Source: Laetmonice hystrix
Lineage: Eukaryota
Direction: 5' to 3'
Length of the DNA: 64,000 bases
Assembly (NCBI GenBank): GCA_965235115.1
Contig: OZ249451.1
Span: 14,756,001 to 14,820,000, forward strand
Shown here: one piece after another, positions 1-11,000 of the stretch
Position numbering within the stretch: position 1 is the first letter of the stretch
Layout of the letters: every line of letters starts with the position of its first letter
Notes under the pieces: model-generated
What the model was told of the DNA's origin: nothing
The model's input: only the letters and a program-made list of their open reading frames with translations
The model's database searches: none
Position numbers and translations under genes: made by a program

Positions 1-2255
1 CAGCTGTGTTGGTGTGTGTGTGGGGATGGGTGTAAAGGCAGCCTACCTCACCATCGGGACACAACGCACCTGTTTGAATTTCAGCATGCATCCGCAGCGT
101 AAACTGACAGTGGCTTTGTGTCACCTTGTATCTTTCTACCGAGATACAATCTATAATTGTGACATCATTATACGTCTCATTGCAAGAGTCAAAATTGTGA
201 GATATTATAGAGTTTTCAACTCGTTACTTTACATTCCTCCATACATGTTTGGTATTAAAGTCAGCAAACCATAACTCTATACATTATGTTTGATTTATAG
301 TGGGTGCATTCAGTTTTGACAGCAAATTTAAATTTCATATAGAGAATGATGGTTCATGAGGCACTGATATTTCTTCCAGCGTAAATGACAGCACCATCTG
401 TTTTGACATTTGGAGTCGGATGGATTCAAATCAAAGTTGGTACTGTCCGTATACTTGTGTACAACAATGTGTTTAACTGATTCTAACAATTAAACGTATG
501 GGTAATTCAGATAGACTGTTTATACTTTAAAATACTTGACATTGGAAGTTATACACGACTTATAACTTATAATACTCACAAGTTTTGACATTGAGCCTGA
601 CTGTCAAGTTATATATCAGGGATATTTTCTTCACACAGAACAATATACCACTCATTCGTATGCCGACACATATACCTGCAGCTTTACGTTTGCGCGACAT
701 TCCCAACAATATCGGACTAGCATTTCTTCGCCTGAATTCTCAGGTGTCTTTACGATATTTTTCCGTTTCTGGTTTAGTTTGACCTGATAATTATGTAGTT
801 TTCCTACGATGAAGGCCTTCGTGCATATAACCATTTAGTTGTTAATGATATAACGTAATTATAGCAAGTATAAGCACTTTGCTCCAATGTATGATATACA
901 GAGTATAATTAATTGCATGATAAACCTAAAGACTTTCGGAGTTTGAGTTTCTATACAAAGTAATAAGCCTAACCCATTTCAGGACATTACTGCCATACCT
1001 TTCTGCCATGGAATGAAACAGCCCTTTTCTCTCATATTCCAATAAGTAAGCCCTTTTCATCTTTTCAAGTGGTATGTAGATATAATTTTTCTACGGCATT
1101 TAGGTCTAATGTAATACATCGCCGTCAACCTGTAGATGGATCTATAGCTTTTGTTGGCCGTTTAGATCAGTTCCTAACGTGAAGCCACCTCAACCATTAC
1201 TGCCCGGTTGGTGATCGTTATAACTATAGTATAGTGTCGGAAGTGGTAAGCCTACATTATACAAGCCTTGGTCCTCAATGGTTAGACGGTTTGTCAAACT
1301 TTACAGCAGCGCGTGCCAATGTAAGAATTAGACCTTATCGCCAACTTGTTGCCGACCCTCAGGCCGGGCAAGCGGCAGTCAGAACGTGCCTAAATACACA
1401 CCGGGGCTGTCATATGAGGCCAACGCAAATCAATTATGACTAAATGAATTAGAAATACATGGATTGGAAAGCCTCTTTACGTGGGGTATACTGGTAATGT
1501 GACGGAGTAATGAGGTGTACGGAGAGAAGCGTGGTTGGGTGGTGTTGACCCGACTATTTAACTCGTGTAGTGGGGGAGGGACATGGTCACTCGGGGACCC
1601 TTGGATTCTCACTTGTCGACTCGACCGTTGTTGATTTCATTAGGGGCGGCAGTCGGACCACCCGTGTGGCCGACTTACAACCGCCACCAGCCCCGCTGTA
1701 CCTCTCAACCCGGCCCGCCCGCCACCACGGCCGTGAGCACCGCCTGGTCCAATATACTCCGCTCACATAAATCGTCATCAAAAAGTTTTATTCATATACA
1801 CCTATAATAACGTTACTTTCACGGTTTTTGAACGCCCTTTGCTGGCTATGATATATACCTGAGCGATACATAATACATATGCCGCGTGGAAAATATAACG
1901 ACCTATTATACACCTGCACAGGTGCGTTATACGGACAACCAGTGCCACCTGTAATAAATAAGTTTTAGGTTCAATGCTCATTCACAAAAATGAACTTTGA
2001 AATCTGTATATCTATCGGTGATTTTAAAAGTTAATAATTGACTTAAAAGAGGCATGGAGGTGTTATACCCACGCATCAAGAGGCATTCATTAGTCGTTAA
2101 TCAGATCGGCGAGATTGTACCCGAACCCCTTTCTGCATGAATTCACATCAATTGGAATTTTTTTTTACCAAGATCCGGATAGACCCGAATGAGTCTTGGC
2201 ATATAAAATAAAGAACATGGACAAACCTAGGAGTAAACTTTATAAGAGGACTTAC

Positions 2256-3387
2256 CAGATGAGGGTCGGTCGGAGTACCGTGTACAGTAGACCCAGGCTG
2301 GCCAGAGTATGGGGTCCTTGGTGGCGGCTGCCGAGCTCCCACTCCCGGCTGACGTGGTCCCGCTGGTCCCGCCGGACGACGAGGAGGAGGCGCCGGGGGA
2401 GAGACCGTCCACGTCCCCGTGGTGTTTCCCAGGCTGGGATGATCCCGGTGATCCCGCTGAGCTGGAGGACACGGTAGATGAGGCGCCGGGAGACACGGGT
2501 CCCGCTGAGGAGGCGACGGACACGGAGGACGGGCTCCGGGGGGTGGGGTAGGCGGGGGAGTCGGTGAGGTGGTGTGTGGGGTGATGGTGCCGGGCGGACT
2601 TGGCGGGCGGGGGGCTGCACTCCCCGCCTCCACCGCCGGGTGCCGGGTAGCTGAACCGGCCGCCATGGGTCGGGGTGCTGGCTGTGGCCGGGCTGGCCGG
2701 TCCGCTGTGGTAGGGGTGGTGATGGTGGTGGTGGTGGTGCGGGGAATGTGACAGGTGATGTCTTCTGTTGTTGTTGTGTTGATGATGTTGTTGTTGGCGG
2801 TGGTGATGATGATGATGATGACTATGCTGTGAGTGGTGGTGGTGGTTGTCGTTGTGTTTAGTGTGACTATTGTCAATATGATGTCTATGATGATGTTGTA
2901 CATGCATCAAGTGTTCAATCCCATGAGGATTATTGGCCAGTAAGTTCGCCACATCAAGCGGCCGCCTACTCCGCTTTACCACAATACTTGAAGCATTGTT
3001 GTTGTTTCCAAAGCTTGGCTTGAGGATGGCATCGATAGAGAAGTTTGTTAACCGTAGCGGTAGCGGTGCGCCGGCCACCTGGACGACGGGGACCTTGAGC
3101 TGTTCGGGCCGGTACTCAGACACGGCTGTCGTCTTGTCCGACCCGTCCCGGGAGACGGCGGGCGGGGTCGACCTGTCGACTGGGTCGATGGTCGGGGAGG
3201 GTGGCGGGGACGGCTGCCGGGGCTCCGGGGTAGCGAACCCCGTGGTGGGGGAGACGGTAGCGGTCGACATGACGGGGTTGTGGTCGTCAGAGCCCGGCGA
3301 TAAGGGACCTGAGCACGGGGAGAGACGGCCAAGTGGGACCGACGGGCTGGCTGCTGCTAATGCTCTCTCGGTATCCACTGCCATCAT
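2256..3387 (-). CDS. en: engrailed homeobox transcription factor, exon 1 (N-terminal part; homeodomain exon outside the window)
   Basis: The translation contains EH1 (LRLTNFSIDAILKP), a His-rich tract and EH2 (ILWPAWVYCTRYSDRPSSG). The frame is interrupted after RPSS-G by a GT donor (G|GTAAGT at 2256/2255), the conserved phase-1 engrailed intron position. Tandem ATGs at 3387 and 3384. Confidence 0.97.
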
Positions 3388-3827
3388 TGCTGCATGGTAT
3401 CGAATACAACCAACTTAAAGTCCCAATCAAAGATGTCAGTGTCGCTTCCACACGAACGTGTCAAACAGCCAATAATTATTGCGACGATATATTAATGGCA
3501 GACACACAATCTCAGGAGTAGGTTGTTTCCAACAGTCAAGTTTCAAACAACGCGGCGAATGTCCAAAATGTTTGAAGTCAGCTCGTAGCAGAGGATCAAA
3601 ACGACCCGGAGAAGTCAACGCTGAAAGCAAGTCACAGCAGACGGAGCTCCATTCTATCCTGCGCGATGTCTGCACTGCCAAGTATCGACTCTCACTGCTC
3701 TTGGTACTGTCCGTGCTTGACCAGTGTCCACTTTGGTGAAGTGTCCGTGTGCTCTGCCCTCAGTTGCGGTCAGTTCAATGATGACACCTCTCAGCTAACT
3801 GAAAAGACAAGTAGATGACTGCGAGTC

Positions 3828-3912
3828 GACTGAGAAGTGCCTGAAGTGTCATCAGGTCTGATCATATACAGCGGCGGGTAGGTGGGGTGACGTCACGACA
3901 CGGCCAGCCAAT
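3828..3912 (-). promoter_or_regulatory. Candidate engrailed core/proximal promoter
   Basis: Inr-like TCAGTC (minus 3833-3828, +1 about 3831), TATA-like TATATG (minus, from 3868), perfect CRE TGACGTCA (3888-3895) and NF-Y-type AGCCAATCAG (CCAAT 3908-3912). This implies a ~440-nt 5' UTR. The TSS is inferred from motifs only. Confidence 0.55.
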
Positions 3913-5096
3913 CAGCGGGCAGGACGCGGGCCGTGAAATAGATCTCGCCTTCCGTGAGGGGGTGCCGAGTGGAGGGTCCGAACACCAGTACAATGGACAC
4001 CGCTGGTGGGGGGAAGGGGGAGGGGCCTCCTAGCTTCATTAGCATGATTTAGTGTAACTGAAAGAGTGAAATGAAATCGGGCAAGGCCACTGGTCAACAC
4101 ACGAGATGATGTCACAATGGGCAGACGACTTGGAGCAGACGGCGCCTGTAACGATTCACATCACATAATTGAAGGACTGAGACTTATAACGTTGCGAGTT
4201 TTCAGGTCAAAGTGATGTACGTTACAACACGTAATGTCTCCAATATGCAAAGAACATATACCTACTGAGGTATCATTGCTATAGGCCTAATTTGACAGCT
4301 TTTATTTTCAATCCTTTTCCGCGCAGAAAAACAAGACGAGATTGTTTAGGTCTAACTTGTTCCTACAAAGAATCGCAGATATGGTTCGCAAAGTCAGAGG
4401 AGTAACCTAAAAATCAAATAAAAATAGGTAATAATTAGTTAAATTTAAGGTGTGTTTACTCCCTGAATGTTGAAACGAAGGGCCCCTATCAATCAACGCG
4501 ATGCTGCGGGTAGGGGGTGGTACTGGATTTGACGCTTTGCTGTGTGAAGACAAGTTATATTGTCATTTCTCAACCTGTCCACTGGGAATCTGCTCAATCT
4601 AACTAACCTGCATGCAAATATTCCCCACTAATGTGCAAGGGTGACATTCCTGCTAGAGTTCCCCATTAATTAGTTCTGATTAGGACGTGAGGCGGGATCT
4701 TTTGATGACACTGCGAGTCAAGGAAGGTAAAGCTATAGATGAGTTATCAAGGGTGCGTGCCCCACCACTCACCGCGCCTCTCATCTGTGTATAAGTATCT
4801 TAGTTCCAGGGAGTGCTGGTAGGGGGAGCCATCGTATCGGCCAGCCAAGTGCGGGTGGCTGGGTGTTGTATCAACTAAAGGAGTCGTAATCCTTTCATGT
4901 TACTTCGACGCTATAATAATACTTAACGCTATGATAACAAAAGGCCTAAAGTCACACACTTGGCTTTGTACTCTTAACAATGGTAACTATGATAGACTTT
5001 GTGATTATAGGCACGTGTATTGATAATTTACAGAATGATATCTGATTCCGTTATTGAAAGAGTATGTTAATACGACGTGTCCAATGATTCGGATGG

Positions 5097-5590
5097 GCAT
5101 GAAAAAAACTTGTGGAACTGTGACGTTAAATATGTCACACTTCTGCATGAAAAAAAACTTGTGGAACTGTGACGTTAAATATGTCACACTTCTGCATGAA
5201 AAAAAACTTGTGGAACTGTGACGTTAAATATGTCACAAGCTTCTGCATGAAAAAACTTGTGGAACCGTGACGTTAAATATGTCACAAGCTTCTGCATGAA
5301 AAAACTTGTGGAACTGTGACGTTAAATATGTCACAAGCTTCTGCATGAAAAAACTTGTGGAACCGTGACGTTAAATATGTCACAAGCTTCTGCATGAAAA
5401 AACTTGTGGAACTGTGACGTTAAATATGTCACAAGCTTCTGCATGAAAAAACTTGTGGAACCGTGACGTTAAATATGTCACAAGCTTCTGCATGAAAAAA
5501 CTTGTGGAACTGTGACGTTAAATATGTCACGAGCTTCTGCATGAAAAAACTTGTGGAACCGTGACGTTAAATATGTCACAAGCTTCTGCA
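5097..5590. repeat. Minisatellite, ~49-bp unit, ~10 copies
   Basis: Unit gcatgaaaaaacttgtggaac(t/c)gtgacgttaaatatgtcacaagcttct; period 49 (copies at 5341 and 5390). Confidence 0.97.
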
Positions 5591-5983
5591 CATGTATAGA
5601 AGTAAACATGTCGATATACATTAAGTGACATTTTCAAGTTGATATATCAAATAGTCCTACATGAGAACAAAACTGTGCCTCTAAAATTGTCTGAAAGTCT
5701 GAAAGCTTTCCAGACTTAGTCGTAACAATCTCCTACCTGGGTTTGCTTGAACATGGTCAATTGGGTGTTTAATTTTGAATAATATATTATCAAAAATGCA
5801 ATATATAGGAGGTCTAACACCAGTCAATATAAAAGGGTTATACCTTCAAAATGATCTGTGTATCTGCATAGTGACAGTCTGTTCTGACTTTGAAAGATGG
5901 GGTAGTTAATAACTCAATCTCAATTGTGTACTGCTTGTGCTATCCTTGGAGAGACTTAGAACTGTCTCGTTATACTTAAGAAT

Positions 5984-6037
5984 TAAGCGTGTACTTTATC
6001 TTAAGCGTGTACTTTATCTTAAGCGTGTACTTTATCT
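5984..6037. repeat. 18-bp tandem repeat, 3 copies
   Basis: ttaagcgtgtactttatc repeated three times. Confidence 0.9.
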
Positions 6038-7398
6038 CTCATCTCTTATCCTACTACACAGGCTGTTCATCAGCGAGTGCTGTCTACATTATAATTTGTA
6101 TTCACTTTGGTTAGAGCTAATGGACCGAATCTAAGAAAGCTCTGATCTTAATTACAGGTATCGGTGTGCCGTGCCTGTGAAGAGAACAGCACAGACTTTA
6201 TGTAATAGGTGGAATATGCCTAGTCATTATGTGTGGCGGTTACAATATTAGACCCTCTGGTACTCTGTCTTATATCTTATATATTCCTACTGTATATAAG
6301 ACATTTCTTGTCCAATATATCTGCATGATAATTTAGGGAACTACTACATTTTTATCGGTTCATGGAAAATGAATTCACGACATGTTAAAAAAAAAGATAT
6401 TTTGGAGCCAAGAATATAGGCTATCATCTTTGGGTTTCTTTTCTAGTTTGACATGAAAACTATTCAGGATCTGATACAGAAAGTTTACTCAGAAAAAGGG
6501 CAGTGAATGATCAAAATTTTGACCATTTCATGGCTAAACTATGACTCCATCTTTACCAACAGAAAGGAGAAATATTTCTGGGATAACTTTACGAGCAAAT
6601 TTTCACGACATGCGTCTGACGGACAGACAACAATAGATAATGTCAGAGGATATATCAACATATACATGTTGGTATTAATGATGAGGCCACTGGGACAGAG
6701 GATGACACGGCTGTCACATAGAATCGCCCTGGACCCGGCGCTCCGGGACGAACGACTTGACGGTCTATACAAGTGGCCCTCTCCGGCCCACTCCCATCCT
6801 CGAGTCCGCTATATTCAGGGCGGTGCTTGGCTCATGCTATTAATGAAGGAGGGTATATATGTAAGGGGGTAGGGTGTCATCGGATGTATGTGGAATAAAC
6901 AGATGTGATAAATTGAATGTCACTGTCGTGTCTATTCAATGGGTATATCCGTGTGCCCTCCCCTCGCAAACACAATCGCCTCCCATTCGGTGAATGGCAT
7001 GGGCTGGGTGGTCACGTGACTACGTCATGAGGTTGACCTCTGACCCTATTATAGTCGGTAGACACAGGGGGTGTTATTGTTGGGCCGGGGCTAAAGATGG
7101 CCTCCTCGTGCCTCACCTGCTCTCGTATAGACAAGATAGCGTTGGGCGCATCTCTTGAAACGCTAATGTCGAACACAAAGCTTTAGCGTTCTATGGCCTT
7201 GATCTATATAGCTGCATACGTCTTGTATATAAACCAGGGTTATCAAGTCATAAGTTACTGGTCACATGTAACTGATACAAGATGTGTATTCTACACATAT
7301 TCTTGTATTTAAAAAGAAACACCATACAAATGTTTATACATCAATCCTTGTTGGTGAAAGGCTCCATGGACGTTCACCCATAGTCTAGATCTAGTTGT

Positions 7399-8057
7399 GA
7401 AACCCTTTCATGTTTGTCAGTGACATGTTCCGAGGCCCTGGCCCTAGTTCTGAAACCCTTTCACGCTTGTTAAAGACATGTTCCATGGGCCTGCAAGGCC
7501 CTAGTAGGCCTATTGAACCCTTTCATATTTGTCAAAGACATGTTCCGAGGCCCTGGCCCTGGTTCTGAAACCCTTTCATGTTTGTCAAAGACATGTTCCA
7601 TGGGCCTGGCCCTGGTTCTGAAACCCTTTCATGTTTGTCAAAGACATGTTCCATGGCCCTGGCCCTAGTTCTGAAACCCTTTCATGTTTGTGCAGGACAC
7701 GTTCCCAGGCTCTGGTCCTGGTTCCGAAACCCTTTCATGTTTATCAAAGACATGTTCCATGGCCCTGTCGCCCTGTCCCTATAGTTTTGAGACCCTTTCA
7801 TGTTTGTGAAAGACATGTTCCATGGCCCTGTCCCTAGTTCTGAAACCCTTTCATGTTTATCAAAGACATGTTCCATGGCCCTGTCGCCCTGTCCCTATAG
7901 TTTTGAGACCCTTTCATGTTTGTGAAAGACATGTTCCATGGCCCTGTCCCTAGTTTTGAGACCCTTTCATGTTTGTTAAGTACATGGTCCATGGTCCTGG
8001 CCCTAGTTGTGAAAGACATGTTCCATTGCCCTGGCACTATAGTTCTGAAACCCTTTC
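7399..8057. repeat. Minisatellite, ~53-bp unit, ~12 copies
   Basis: Unit gaaaccctttcatgtttgtcaaagacatgttccatggccctggccctagttct; period 53 (7567, 7620); copies diverge. Confidence 0.95.
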
Positions 8058-11000
8058 GTAATACAATGTATAGGGAAATGGATAAAACTGAAGATGTTGA
8101 GAAATGATATAGGATAACGATATGTATATAGTATATGTCGGTGCTATCATATTAACATTTTCGTGAGACACAAGAACAGATGAATTCATGGTTGGAGCAA
8201 AAGTTGCCAGAAATATCCATGCTGAAGTATTTGTGAAAGGCATACCGACTATAGGATATGATTCAGCCATAATGATTGGTTATATTGAAGTCTCGGGGAC
8301 CGTCTCGCTCGATCCCTTCATTAAATTTGCATCATTGTCAGCTTGGGACGCTGGAGGCCATTAAGACGCTCAATTTCTGTCGTCACTAACTTGCACTAAT
8401 TGACATAGTCATGGAAGCGTCCCCCATTTTACCTGCGTCAAATTGAGCAGTTTCTATGGCTCCTACTTGCTGGCCTATTAACCATGCAACGCTTTCATAT
8501 GGACTGGGATTAATATGGGGATCCGACGGCTCCTCTCCGGCCTCCTGAATGGATTACAAATAAGAAAATTACCTGTTTTTCCATCCTAGCCACAGGCGGT
8601 CTGGCGTTAATATGGGCCACCTGGTGGGAACGCCTGTCAAAACGTCTCATGTCAATTTCAGAAATGTACATGCTTGCGGTAAATGATTTATCCGAGGGAG
8701 TAGCGAGATTGTTCCGCCATGAGGTTTATGTCATTTTCAATCTGTGTCTGTGTCCGAGAGGAGACGGGTTGGTGGGTGAGGCGGCCAGAGTCGTTAACTA
8801 TAACAGCGGCAGCCATTGGGCAGTTACTGCCCCCCGCACCCACACACCCACACACCCACACTCAGGCGTTACGGACCATCGGGCGCCCGTTAATGGCATG
8901 TCCTCCTATCTCTAAAGTGCAAACACTCGCTGGCAAATTCACCACCGACAACATATCCAATTAAATCGGAGAAGATCAGAAAGGTTGTCAGGGTTGTCAA
9001 GTGTGTGGGAATATGAACGCATTCAGGCGAGCCATTTACCCACTGGATGAAACGTATAGAACGTAAAAGTATTGACGTCACATTCTCGATTCACATTATT
9101 ATCAGGGTAAAAGGGCAAATTATGAAGTACCCACGAGTTCTTAGCTTTCGGTATCTCTTTCGGTATCTTCTTGTTAAGGATAGTGCATTATTGTATTAGG
9201 GTATTGTCATTTCTATAACCACAATATAAAGCGCTAAATATTAAACTTCAGATTTATAGATAGTAGTAGCCTGGCTACAGGGAGCATCATCACTGGACGA
9301 TATAACGACGAGAAGCAGGCCTATTATACATTACTCCTCTATGTATTGTGTGCCAAGCCGAGAGTGTATGAATGTGAGATAATAGACTAAGATAACGACC
9401 AACTTTCACCTAAGGAATGCGCTGATGAAGGGCCCACAAACTGAATCATCACTGAGAAAGCTGGCCACAATACACCGTCCTCCCAGATGTTATAGTTGAA
9501 GTATATAACGTCATCCTCGGCTGATAACTACACACCTCCCTAACAATAGAAACGCCAGCTATCCTCGCTCCGTCAACAAGTCAAATTACCTCTACCCACG
9601 GCGTTTTGATGGGATCCGATAATTTCACGTTTCCAGGCAACACTTCGCATTGCACAATAAAAGCGGCGGACAGAGCAGAGGAAATGAAGTGGCGCTCCCC
9701 GCGGCGCTAAACGCACGTGTTCGGAAGTAGATGAGAGGTTTGCGAGCAGTAAGAGGAGAAACACCTCAGCCAGAGAATGACGCCTTGCTATATTATTAAG
9801 AGGACATAATGTTGGTGGTGGGTGTCCTAATTAATGAGGGGCTAACTGTCTGAATGTCATTAACCAGAGTGATTCGTGGTGTAATACTGGTGCCATGTTA
9901 CATCCTATCGGGAATCAATACAATGGCATACATACACCTATAGGTCAGTGTCAGAGAACTCAATGAGTTTTATGGAAATGTATAGTTTCCTCTTCGATTC
10001 GCTGACAGGTAGATCTAAATATATATATACAAGGGTTACCGGTACCCTACTCAATACAGGGTGATACGGTTTGGGGCTGGAGGCAGTGATGGAGTATGTA
10101 TATATAAATAATTATAGATATAGTTAAATACAGATGCCAAGTAAGAGAAATGATGAATGGAATGCCTGATCAATACTTAATTCAAACGTATAGTTGGAAA
10201 TTACAATATACTTTTAAATTAAAGTTCGGTGTATAGTAATAAAAAACTGAATTATGTAACCGGGGTATCAAAGAATGACTTCTTTAAACTGTCCATATAT
10301 ATACTATAATATTAATTGGTGTTTTATAGTTGGTAGTATGGTGAGTTTAAAATGTACAGCGCGGTACCGAGTGTGGAAAGAAGAACGAGTATTCAGAAAA
10401 CATTACGGGAGACAGAACGAAAGGGAAAATAATTGAGTGAAAGGAATAATGAGAGAAAAAAAACATATGGGCCCGTTATCTGAACAAATAATGATTTCTT
10501 TTTGCCGTGTTAAGAAAGAACAATATATCTCAATCCGGGACCCTCAATCCATAATGTCGGTGAAGTATGCCACAGACAGCTGTGGGTTATAGATGTATCT
10601 CTCACGTTTAATTCTATTACAGACAAACCTCCATAAAGACAGAGTCTCATGAACGCTTCCTCGCTCGCACCAATAAAGCCAATAATGCCAGCGACATTTA
10701 CCGTGTAATCTGTGCGTATCCAAAGTGCCAATAACAGAGAGCAAAATTAGTGAGCACTTAAGGTATCATCGTTTACAGTGGAATCAAGATCAGAGGGCCC
10801 ATTGTCATTATTGAATTACAATAACGTTATAGAGGCCGGCTCAGTTGGTTGGGCGGGAAGCCAGCGATACGAGTAGTTATACCGCATATTTCATCGCTTC
10901 TTTTTAACTCATCCCATGCGGCAATCATCCATCGCCCCCAAACAAAGCGGTCTCTATTTAATCCTAATCCCGATTAATAGCCCTTAATCTGTCGGCAACC

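Noticed and set aside
1-2255. engrailed homeobox exon (expected PR...KRPRTAF)
   Set aside because: No matching translation found on the minus strand; exon 2 presumably lies left of the window.
2148-3418. Several overlapping ORFs (e.g., 2148-2903 -, 2196-2477 +, 2933-3418 +)
   Set aside because: Alternative-frame and antisense shadows of the GC-rich engrailed exon.
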